Assembly: GCA_041694815.1 (NCBI GenBank)
Contig: JBGFSC010000047.1
Span: 1-64,000 of the forward strand
Direction of reading: 5' to 3'
DNA from: Elusimicrobiota bacterium
Lineage (GTDB): Bacteria > Elusimicrobiota > Elusimicrobia > UBA1565 > JACRDR01
DNA: 64,000 nt
Shown: one piece after another, positions 56,338 through 64,000 of the stretch
Layout of the letters: each line of letters begins with the position of its first letter
Position numbering within the stretch: the stretch's first letter is position 1
Notes under the pieces: generated by a model
Seen by the model: the letters and a program-made list of their open reading frames with translations, nothing else
The model's database searches: none
What the model was told of the DNA's origin: nothing
Program-made: the position numbers and the translations under genes

Positions 56338-58247
56338 ACCTACTCTTCATCTGCCACGAGCTTCCACCCATCGGGGGAGGCTCTGGCAACGCGGCCCTGG
56401 CCTTGGCCCGCGAGCTTGCCGTGGAGCACTCCGTGGTGCTGCTCACTTCCGGCTATCGCGAGTTGCCGGCTCAAGAACGGCATGGACAACTCCGCGTGCT
56501 GCGCTTGCCATCACCCAGGCGTCGCGTCGACGGAGCCAGCCCCATTGAACTCGTCGCCTTCGCGGCCCTCGCCGTCCGGGAGGCCTCGCGCCTGCATCGC
56601 GAACGACCCTTCGACGCCGCCGTCGCGGTGCACGCCACCGCGGCCGCATGGGCGGCGTGGCTCTTGCGCAAGCGGCGCGGCATTCCCTACGTGCTCGCTT
56701 TGAGGGGTGCCGACGTGCCAGGCTTCTTCCCGGAAATGTACGGCTGGATGCACCGAGCATCCTCCTGGCTCACTCGGCGATGTTGGGGCAGCGCCGCGGC
56801 GCTGGTGGCCAACAGCGAGGGCTTAAAACGGCTGGCCGAACGCACCGCCGCGCCCTTGGGACGCGCCGTTAAGCTTATCGAAAACGGCGTCGACGCGGAT
56901 TTCTTCACGCCCGCGGCTTCCATGCCCCAGGGGCAGGGCCTGTTCGTCGGAAGGCTGAGCCGGCAGAAGGGCCTCGAGCCGTTCTTCGAAGCGCTGCGCC
57001 TCGGCGCGCCGAGGCTGCGCGGCCGGCTGCGCCTTGAGATCGTAGGCGTAGGGGAATTGGCAAGCACATTAAGTCGCCTGGCCGAGGACGGCTTGGCCGA
57101 CATCGTCTCTTTTTCCCCATGGATGGACAAGGAAGCGCTGCGTGAAAGATACCGGGCATCCTCCTTTTTCGTTTTTCCGTCGTTGGAGGAAGGCATGTCC
57201 AACGCCCTGCTCGAGGCGATGGCCTGCGGGCTCCCGGTACTGGCCGCCGACGTCTACGGCAACAAGGGCTTGGTCGAAAACGGGGTCAACGGCTTCCTCA
57301 TCCCGCCTGATGATCCGGCCGCCTGGGCCGAAGCCCTCTACCGCATGGCGGCCCTGGAACCCACCGCCCTTAAGTCCATGGGCCAAAAAAGCCGCCAGAA
57401 GGCGCTGGGCAAGAGTTGGGGAGAGGCGGCGCGCCGCTATGAATCACTGCTGCCCCATCCCGCCGCGTGGACCCCCGAGCGCGTCGCGCGTTTCTTCGAC
57501 CTGTATCAGGCCCAGGGCGGGCTAGAGGATAACTATTTCGGGAGGCAGAGGGGAGCTGCCCTGCTGCGTTTCGTGCTCCGCCGAAGCCTCCTGCCGCAGC
57601 CGGCGCTCGATGTCGGCTGCGGTCCCGGCTATTTTCTCGAGTATCTGGTCGCCGCGCGGATCCGCTGCGCCGGCGCCGACCTGTCGGCGGCCTCCGTCGA
57701 GCGGGCGAACCGGCGGCTGGGCGGAAATCCATATTTCCTGGGGGCGCACCGGATGGGCGATGGCTTTGCGCTCCCCTTCGAGGACGGGGCCTTCCAAAGC
57801 GCCTTCCTGATGGAGACGGCCGAGCATCTGCTGCCGGAGTCGATTGCGGCCGTGTTCGGCGAGCTCCGCCGGGTATTGGCGCCGGGTGGCCGCCTGGTGG
57901 TCACTACGCCTTACCGCGAGGACCTGCGGGATTCCTCTTTGCTATGCCCGCATTGCGGCGCCACCTTCCACCAGATCCAGCATGTCTCTTCCTTCGACGA
58001 ACGCAACCTGCCGGAGCTGCTCGAGAGCCACGGCTTTTCCTGCGAGCTGGCCGAGGCACCAGCGCTTCTTCCAGACTGGCGCATCTGGCTTCGGGCGCAG
58101 GGTGGACTCGGGGCATCGGCGGCGGCATGCCCCGAATGCGGGAAGGCCTTCGCGCCGCCCGCTCCGGGCCTCCTAAAACGGGCGCGGATGCTGCTTCGGG
58201 AGCTGCGCCATCTAGTCTGCGTGGCGCACCGGGCGCCTGGCAAGTAG
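56334..58247 (+). CDS. GT4 glycosyltransferase fused to a class I SAM methyltransferase
   Basis: N-terminal PP.GGG, NGVD, FVGRL..QKG, EGMSNALLEAMA.G; C-terminal LDVGCGPG, LPF.D..F, EH, LAPGG.L..TTP; two CxxC motifs. Confidence 0.88.
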   Translation: MNLLFICHELPPIGGGSGNAALALARELAVEHSVVLLTSGYRELPAQERHGQLRVLRLPSPRRRVDGASPIELVAFAALAVREASRLHRERPFDAAVAVHATAAAWAAWLLRKRRGIPYVLALRGADVPGFFPEMYGWMHRASSWLTRRCWGSAAALVANSEGLKRLAERTAAPLGRAVKLIENGVDADFFTPAASMPQGQGLFVGRLSRQKGLEPFFEALRLGAPRLRGRLRLEIVGVGELASTLSRLAEDGLADIVSFSPWMDKEALRERYRASSFFVFPSLEEGMSNALLEAMACGLPVLAADVYGNKGLVENGVNGFLIPPDDPAAWAEALYRMAALEPTALKSMGQKSRQKALGKSWGEAARRYESLLPHPAAWTPERVARFFDLYQAQGGLEDNYFGRQRGAALLRFVLRRSLLPQPALDVGCGPGYFLEYLVAARIRCAGADLSAASVERANRRLGGNPYFLGAHRMGDGFALPFEDGAFQSAFLMETAEHLLPESIAAVFGELRRVLAPGGRLVVTTPYREDLRDSSLLCPHCGATFHQIQHVSSFDERNLPELLESHGFSCELAEAPALLPDWRIWLRAQGGLGASAAACPECGKAFAPPAPGLLKRARMLLRELRHLVCVAHRAPGK

Positions 58248-59030
58248 GACCGCAGACGTAACTTTCAAAGACTCGTCCTTTGGGTTAAAGTCTGTGCTCA
58301 AATAGGGCCGAATCCGCTCGAAGGCCTCTTCGTCGCTGGCACGCTCAAGGACTTCCACCACGAATCCTTCAGACGACAGCAGGCGCAAGTGATCTGAAAG
58401 CCGCCAGCGAGGGAGATCGCCGGGATCGAGCCAACGACCCCAATGTTTCCGGGAGAACTGAAGAAAATGATAGGGATATTTGAAGAAGTGATCGCGATAG
58501 TCGACGATGTGAAGCATGAAGCCGTCTAACTTAAGCACCCGCCGAAGCTCGACGAAGAGGTCTCGAGGATCCCTCACGTGCTCGAGCACCGAATGAGAGA
58601 GCGCGACATCTATGCTTTCGCTGGCAATGGCGCGAATGGAGTCCAGCCGGCGCACTTTAGAACCCAACGCCGACTCCGTCAAGCCATGACGCTCACACGC
58701 TTTCGAAAGCAGGCTCCGGTCCAGGCGCGCGTCTAATTCGGCCGTGGGCTCTAGCCCCCATACGGCTAGAGCGTCGCGCGCTGCCAATTCGTAGGCGGTG
58801 CCATTGGCATGCCCCGCCCCGATTTCCAGCACGCTCAGGCCTCGGAACGACAATCCGGCAGCAGTCAGGTGCTTCTCGTAGAGCGAAACCACCTCTTCCG
58901 GGACGCTCTCACCGAGGCTGGGCTCATAATAAGGCAGAAACGAGGAGAGCCTGCGGACGGCATGCTCGCTCAAAAGAAACTTGCGAACCAGTCGGAGAGC
59001 GATATACTCGGCATTTTCCACGATTCTCAC
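58212..59030 (-). CDS. Class I SAM-dependent methyltransferase
   Basis: VLEIGAG, SID...S.SVLEHV, RVLK..G...H.VD..DH; GTGA coupling at 59030. Confidence 0.85.
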   Translation of the reverse strand: MRIVENAEYIALRLVRKFLLSEHAVRRLSSFLPYYEPSLGESVPEEVVSLYEKHLTAAGLSFRGLSVLEIGAGHANGTAYELAARDALAVWGLEPTAELDARLDRSLLSKACERHGLTESALGSKVRRLDSIRAIASESIDVALSHSVLEHVRDPRDLFVELRRVLKLDGFMLHIVDYRDHFFKYPYHFLQFSRKHWGRWLDPGDLPRWRLSDHLRLLSSEGFVVEVLERASDEEAFERIRPYLSTDFNPKDESLKVTSAVLLARRPVRHAD

Positions 59031-60250
59031 TTGGAGGCAGCCCAAGGAAGGGATTCGGTGGAACGCCGCTCCGACAACGCCCAGGCGCCCAGGATCCAGA
59101 AGAAAGGCAGAGCTGAAAGATGGTAGCGTGGGATCGCCCAGTCGTTGGTGATATGGAGCGACGCGTATAGAATGGGGCCCCCCAAGAGGAGTTGCTCACG
59201 CCAGCGACGTCGCAGCCGCCAGGCCCCCCATAGGCCGAAGGCCAGGGTCACCGACTGTAGGATGAGCAGGGCCCCTTTAAAGGCCAGCGGGAGCCAGCGG
59301 TGCGCGGTGAAATACTCTTGGTTAGTGAGATTGATGCGGAATATCCCGCAGTGGCTCGTAATCCAGAACTTGGCCAGGCGATAGGGCATCAACGACAGCA
59401 GCCTCGGCCAATTCGAGCTCCAATTACGGATCGCGAGCTCGCGGAAATGACGGTCGCCATCGGCGCTGTTGAAGTCCCCTTGTGGTCGAGCAGCGAGCGT
59501 CTCTTGGAAGTCGTAAGGGTAGTGCTCGAGAGAGCCGATCCACCAGGCATGGCCGGCGTCACCGCTTACGGAAGTCCAGCTATGAAAGCGCAGGCGGTTG
59601 CGGACGGCCCACGGGGCGAGCGTAGACAGAAAACATATGAAGAAAACCGCCCAGAGCGCTGCACGCCGCCGCCAGGCTCCCCCCAACGATAAGAGGGGCA
59701 ATAGACCCAGGGCGTAGAATTGATGCGCGGGCCGGCAGAGCACGGCGGCGCCAAGGAGCAGCCCCGCCATGGCGTAGAGCGACGCCTTCTCGCGCTTGGC
59801 GGCGCGGACGATGACAACGGTGAAGAGTAACCAAAGATTGAAGAATAAGGTCTCCGAGAGCAGATAGGCGCTCATACCCACAAAGAGGGGATGCAAGGCA
59901 TAGATAAGGCCGCAGGCCAAGGCCGGTCCCCAAGCCATGAAGGCGGCGGCGATCAGCGCGACCCAGATCGTGCTCAGGGAGTCGACGACCGCCTGAGCAC
60001 CCAGGACGGGCTCGATCCGGCCGCCGGCCAGGCGGAAAAAGCAGGAGACGAACAACGGGTAAAGCGGAGGGCGGCGCAGGGTAGGCGCCGTGCCGTCGAT
60101 CGTAAATCCCTGCCCTTGGGCCAGATGCACCCCTATGCGGACGTAGTCGTAGCTGTCGGGCATGAGCGGGTCGATCGCCCGCGAGCCGATGACGGCGACG
60201 CGCACGGAAAAAGCGACCAGAAAGAGAAGGGCGGCGCGTTTAAACGGCAC
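59027..60250 (-). CDS. GT-C (GT39/ArnT-like) glycosyltransferase
   Basis: DS..Y, R.PLYPLF, LSETL, L.RP, PW.VRN, PRY. Confidence 0.85.
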   Translation of the reverse strand: MPFKRAALLFLVAFSVRVAVIGSRAIDPLMPDSYDYVRIGVHLAQGQGFTIDGTAPTLRRPPLYPLFVSCFFRLAGGRIEPVLGAQAVVDSLSTIWVALIAAAFMAWGPALACGLIYALHPLFVGMSAYLLSETLFFNLWLLFTVVIVRAAKREKASLYAMAGLLLGAAVLCRPAHQFYALGLLPLLSLGGAWRRRAALWAVFFICFLSTLAPWAVRNRLRFHSWTSVSGDAGHAWWIGSLEHYPYDFQETLAARPQGDFNSADGDRHFRELAIRNWSSNWPRLLSLMPYRLAKFWITSHCGIFRINLTNQEYFTAHRWLPLAFKGALLILQSVTLAFGLWGAWRLRRRWREQLLLGGPILYASLHITNDWAIPRYHLSALPFFWILGAWALSERRSTESLPWAASK

Positions 60251-62006
60251 GGGAGACGCTCCTGGCGGGGCGGGGCTTGGGCTGCGCGGACGGATTGACG
60301 GCGATGAAATCGCCGAGGGCCAACACGTCGAGATGGCCCTGCGAGAAGGCGCGCAACGCGTCGGAGGGCGAGCATACGATGGGCTCCTCGTGCATGTTGA
60401 AGCTGGTGTTGATGAGCACGGACAGCCCGGAACGTTTCTTGTACTCTTGGAGCACCTTAGCCATCGACGGGTTGATCCGCTCCTCGACCACTTGGGGACG
60501 CGCCGTCCCGTCGATATGCACCGTCGCCGGCGCCTCCTTTCTGCAGCGCTCCGTCGTATCGTAGGTGATCGTCATGAACTCGGCGGGATAGGCCGTCTTC
60601 TCGCCGTAACCCTTGAGGTATTTGCCGGCATCCTCCCGCAGCAGTATCGGAGCAAAGGGCATGAACTCGGAGCGCTTGAGCCGGTCGTTGAGCCAGTCAT
60701 TGATGGAGGGATCTGTGCCGTGGCAAAGGATGGAACGGTTGGCCAGCGCCCGAGGACCGTACTCCATCCTTCCAGCCACCCGCGCCACCACCTTCCCGGA
60801 GGCGAGCTGCTCGGCGATCTCCCGCTCCACCTCTGGGGATTTGTGGAACGGAAATGGGTTGCGCCGCAGCTCTTCCTCGATCGCCTTGTCGGAATACTCC
60901 GAACCCAGGTAGACGTCCTTGAGCCGAAAGGGCCTGGCCTTCGCGCCCGCCTTGTTCATCAGCTCTGCGTTATGCCCCAGCGCGGCGCCCAACGGGATCC
61001 CACCGTCGCCCATGTTGGGGTGTATGAAAACGCTCTCTACCCCGTCTATTTCCGCGACCCGCTGGTTGAGCCGCACATTGGCGAAGACGCCTCCCGCCAG
61101 GACCAGATCGTGGATACCCGCGTCGGCGATCATCGTCTTGAGGTAGGCGGTGACCAATTCCTCGAGATGGGCCTGTATCCCCGCGGCGATATCCTCGCGG
61201 CTGAACCCCTTGAGCAGCTTTTTGAGCCTCTCGGTCTCGTGGCGGAAGAATCGACCTTGATTAAAAAACGAGCGCCGACTAGGGTCGTAGCGGATCTCCG
61301 CCTCGAAAATCTTCTTGGTGGCCGCAGGGTCGCCGGCGGCGGCCAAGCCCGTGATCTTGCCCTCGTGCCGGCCGGGGATGAAGCCGCAGAGATAGGTAAC
61401 GTACAGGTAGTAAAAGCCGATCGAATGGAACTCCGGGATCTGGAAGAACGGGGTCATGGCGCCATCCTGGCCCAGGAAGACGCGCGAACAGTAGCCGTCC
61501 CCGGCCCCGTCTACCGTCACGACGAGCGCGCGGTCCTTAGCCCCCGTGTAATAGGCCGAATAGGCGTGCGCCGTGTGATGGTCATGGAAGGAGATCGGCG
61601 CCGAGATGCCGAAGCCGCGACGGATGAGCTCCTCGAAGCCCTCCCAGCGCTTGTTGGGCGCGGCGCGGTAGAGCGCGTTGCATACCTCGATGCCCCACAC
61701 CGTGCCGAACATGTACTTGAGCAGCCCGAGCCGCTCGAAGAAATCGACCGCCTGAAAGCCCTTGGTCTTAAAATCGCCGAGGATGAAATCTTCCCAGGCC
61801 TGATTCTTGCCGGCGATGACCACGTGCTCGACCTCGGACGGCTTGATCCCGGTGTGGCGGAAGGCCTCGGCCAGGCACTTCTCTGGGAAGCCCGCGTAGC
61901 CCTTGACGCGGTTGTAGCGCTCCTCGTTGGCCGCGAAGAGTATGCCCATGCCGTCGACTAACGCGACCCCAGCCTCGTGGCCGAAATGCAGGCCGAGCGT
62001 GATCAT
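60240..62006 (-). CDS. O-carbamoyltransferase (NodU/CmcH/TobZ family)
   Basis: EERYNR.K, HH.AHA.SAY, DG.GD, EGK..GLA, GGVF.NV, GD.G..LGA, E.GPRAL.NRS, R..FMPFAP, H.DGTARPQ, NTSFN.H.EPIV. Confidence 0.93.
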   Translation of the reverse strand: MITLGLHFGHEAGVALVDGMGILFAANEERYNRVKGYAGFPEKCLAEAFRHTGIKPSEVEHVVIAGKNQAWEDFILGDFKTKGFQAVDFFERLGLLKYMFGTVWGIEVCNALYRAAPNKRWEGFEELIRRGFGISAPISFHDHHTAHAYSAYYTGAKDRALVVTVDGAGDGYCSRVFLGQDGAMTPFFQIPEFHSIGFYYLYVTYLCGFIPGRHEGKITGLAAAGDPAATKKIFEAEIRYDPSRRSFFNQGRFFRHETERLKKLLKGFSREDIAAGIQAHLEELVTAYLKTMIADAGIHDLVLAGGVFANVRLNQRVAEIDGVESVFIHPNMGDGGIPLGAALGHNAELMNKAGAKARPFRLKDVYLGSEYSDKAIEEELRRNPFPFHKSPEVEREIAEQLASGKVVARVAGRMEYGPRALANRSILCHGTDPSINDWLNDRLKRSEFMPFAPILLREDAGKYLKGYGEKTAYPAEFMTITYDTTERCRKEAPATVHIDGTARPQVVEERINPSMAKVLQEYKKRSGLSVLINTSFNMHEEPIVCSPSDALRAFSQGHLDVLALGDFIAVNPSAQPKPRPARSVSRAV

Positions 62007-63088
62007 TTGTAGTTGGGGCAGCCGACGCACTCCGGTGGCTGCTTGTCGTAGAAGTCCGCCCGGAAGCGTCGGAAGGCCTCCGAATTCCATATCTCCGAGA
62101 ACGGGGTCTCGAAGATGTTGCCCATATTGAGCACCGAGGGGTTGTAGATCGTGCAGCAGGGGGTCACGTAGCCCTCGGCGGTCACCAGAGGGCTGAACCA
62201 GGGAAGCTGGCATTGGCCGAGATCGTTGGAGGACTCGCCGAAGGCCTCGGTGATGATCTCGATGCGACGCCCGACCCTCCACCCGCGCAATTTATCGAGG
62301 AAGGCCTCGACCTCCGGCCGGCTTAGGCAGGACTCGCCGACCACGGCGTCTCCCAGCGTGTTGTTGAGCAGCTGGACGTAGAGCACGTCGACGCCGATCT
62401 GCTCAGAGCGAGCCACGAGATCCTCCATGGCCGGGGCCGTCTCCTTCATGAGTATCGCACGAAAGGAAAGCAGTGGCCTACGCGCGCCGGCCGCGCGGCG
62501 CAACTCCACGAAGCGCGCGACGTTCTCGGCGATCTTCTTGATCGAGGCACCGGCGCGGGTGTAGGCGAATATCTCCTCGTCGAAGCTATTGACCGAGACG
62601 GAGAGGTTCGTCAAGCCGGCCTCGATCATCTCCCGGGACTTGTTCTCGGTCAGGGCGGTGCCGTTGCTGTTGAAATAGGTCGATATGCCGCGCTCAGTGC
62701 AGTAACGGATGATGCGGGCTGTGTCCTTGTTGAGCAGCGGCTCGCCGATACCCTGCACGACCACGTAGACGAGGTTGGGAAATTGATCGAGGACATGCCT
62801 GGCCTGCTCGAAGCTCATGTCCGCCTTCTGGTAGCCGTTGTAGGCCAGGCTGGGGGTCCCGAGAGGGCAGGTATTGCAGGTGAGGTTGCAGCGGTTGGTG
62901 ACCTCCAGAAATAGGCATGGGGGCGAATACCCGACGCTGGGCGGGTGGCGCCGCCGCGCCACCTGCGCCGAAACGCGGGCCAGATTGAGCAGTCCCGACA
63001 CTCCCTGATGCGCGACGACGCGAGTCAGAAGACCCGGACCGACCTGCCGGTCGAGCTTCTCCTTGAGCCGCAGCAGATAGCCGATCAT
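62003..63088 (-). CDS. Radical SAM protein with SPASM/twitch domain
   Basis: CNLTCNTC, GEPLL, SNG; C-terminal C..PW......G.V.PCC, GN......EIWNS, C..C. Confidence 0.92.
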   Translation of the reverse strand: MIGYLLRLKEKLDRQVGPGLLTRVVAHQGVSGLLNLARVSAQVARRRHPPSVGYSPPCLFLEVTNRCNLTCNTCPLGTPSLAYNGYQKADMSFEQARHVLDQFPNLVYVVVQGIGEPLLNKDTARIIRYCTERGISTYFNSNGTALTENKSREMIEAGLTNLSVSVNSFDEEIFAYTRAGASIKKIAENVARFVELRRAAGARRPLLSFRAILMKETAPAMEDLVARSEQIGVDVLYVQLLNNTLGDAVVGESCLSRPEVEAFLDKLRGWRVGRRIEIITEAFGESSNDLGQCQLPWFSPLVTAEGYVTPCCTIYNPSVLNMGNIFETPFSEIWNSEAFRRFRADFYDKQPPECVGCPNYK

Positions 63089-63114
63089 CGACTAATCGGT
63101 ATAGTACCAAATCG

Positions 63115-64000
63115 CTAACGGCGGGGCAGGGCGTAGAGGCGTATCGCGGGGCCGGTGCGCCGCCCACGCTCCGGGAAGAACTCGGCCAGAAGCCGTCCCT
63201 GGCGCTCGAGCCCCCCGACGAAAGCGAAGAATTCCGATAGGCCCCAAGCCCCGAAGCCCGTAAGCGCCACGTACTCGACTCCAGCCTTTTTGGCCGCCGC
63301 GAGGCCGCCACGCACGTCGAGCACCGGCTGCGCCGCCGCCGAGAAGGCGGCGTGGCCGGGATAGGAACGCAGGTCCCGGTAATCACGCGCGACGCGGTAT
63401 ATGTCGTAACCCCCACCCGGATGCCCCGCCAGCATCATCTCGTAAAGCTTCTTCTTCGGATGGCCCGCGCGCGCGGTCTGCTCGAGCAGGCGCTCGAGCA
63501 TCGCACGGCTGAGGGGCAGGCGGGGCGAGGCGTGCTCCTGGTCGAGCAGTAGCACCGACGGCTGGGGGATATGCTCGAGCATCCAGGCGGCCGAGAGCGT
63601 TCTCGTGTCGGGGAGAAGCAACACCCGGTCGAAGGCCGCGCTGGCCCAAAACCCAGGCAGGGACGCGGCGAGCGCGACGGCTGCCGGCCACAGGCGATGC
63701 CGGGTCCAGGAAGGGCCGCGCGCCGCCCAGGACAGGACGGCGTCGACGCCCGCGGAGGCGGCGAAAGCGAGCCCGCCGAAGCAGGCGATGAGATACCGGA
63801 GCCAGGAACCGTCCGGCGAGCCAGAAAGCGCCAGCACGAAGGCGCCGATCGGCAGCAGCACGAGCAAGGCCCATTCGCGGCGCGCGCGCAGCATGGTCAG
63901 GACGCCGAGCAATAAAAGCGCTCCGCCCGTCGGCCAAGGCCCGGAAAAGAGCCATATATTGCGCAGCACCGTCTTGGCCCCCACCGGCTCTCCGACGCGG
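63115..64000 (-). CDS. C-terminal part of a GT-C/ArnT-like membrane protein (5' end outside the window)
   Basis: TM helices, RYL, DTR..SA.W...HIP, GP.I.LY. Confidence 0.65.
   Translation of the reverse strand, partial: RVGEPVGAKTVLRNIWLFSGPWPTGGALLLLGVLTMLRARREWALLVLLPIGAFVLALSGSPDGSWLRYLIACFGGLAFAASAGVDAVLSWAARGPSWTRHRLWPAAVALAASLPGFWASAAFDRVLLLPDTRTLSAAWMLEHIPQPSVLLLDQEHASPRLPLSRAMLERLLEQTARAGHPKKKLYEMMLAGHPGGGYDIYRVARDYRDLRSYPGHAAFSAAAQPVLDVRGGLAAAKKAGVEYVALTGFGAWGLSEFFAFVGGLERQGRLLAEFFPERGRRTGPAIRLYALPRR

Noticed and set aside
60162..61961. 599-aa plus-strand ORF, and similar long antisense ORFs at 15124-16356, 16678-18141 and 29854-31371
   Set aside because: Antisense shadows of well-supported genes, expected in high-GC DNA; no motifs

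Overview
High-GC bacterial chromosomal window. Gene content (PorV-like barrel beside a CTD-bearing surface protein, many GT-C enzymes) suggests an Elusimicrobiota-like lineage; this is inference only. Left part (1-37 kb): FGE-sulfatase-fold and Cys-repeat secreted proteins, glgX, a surface-glycosylation triplet, a 1659-aa secreted protein with a T9SS-type C-terminal sorting domain plus a PorV/PorQ-like gene, tRNA-Ser(UGA) abutting a GAF histidine kinase-tldD operon, a cNMP-patatin, NUDIX, dnaE, a LacD-type aldolase with a group III PFK, TolC/patatin/TPR, dapF and dapA. An AT-rich islet carries an XRE gene and an unannotated 29-aa membrane peptide. Right part (37-64 kb): a large glycan locus with WecA, a eukaryote-type UGM homologue, several GT2/GT-C pairs, a domain-swapped Rieske oxygenase, and an NDP-sugar operon (HddA/HddC, Gmd-like, ColD-type 3-dehydratase, stand-alone TPP E1 alpha/beta, four further SDRs). 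That operon looks like a pathway to a C-branched deoxy-sugar, with carbamoyl, methyl and radical-SAM tailoring genes nearby. Non-coding DNA holds several MITE-like inverted-repeat elements, and several genes appear leaderless. No CRISPR array, rRNA, reverse transcriptase, integrase or transposase was seen.
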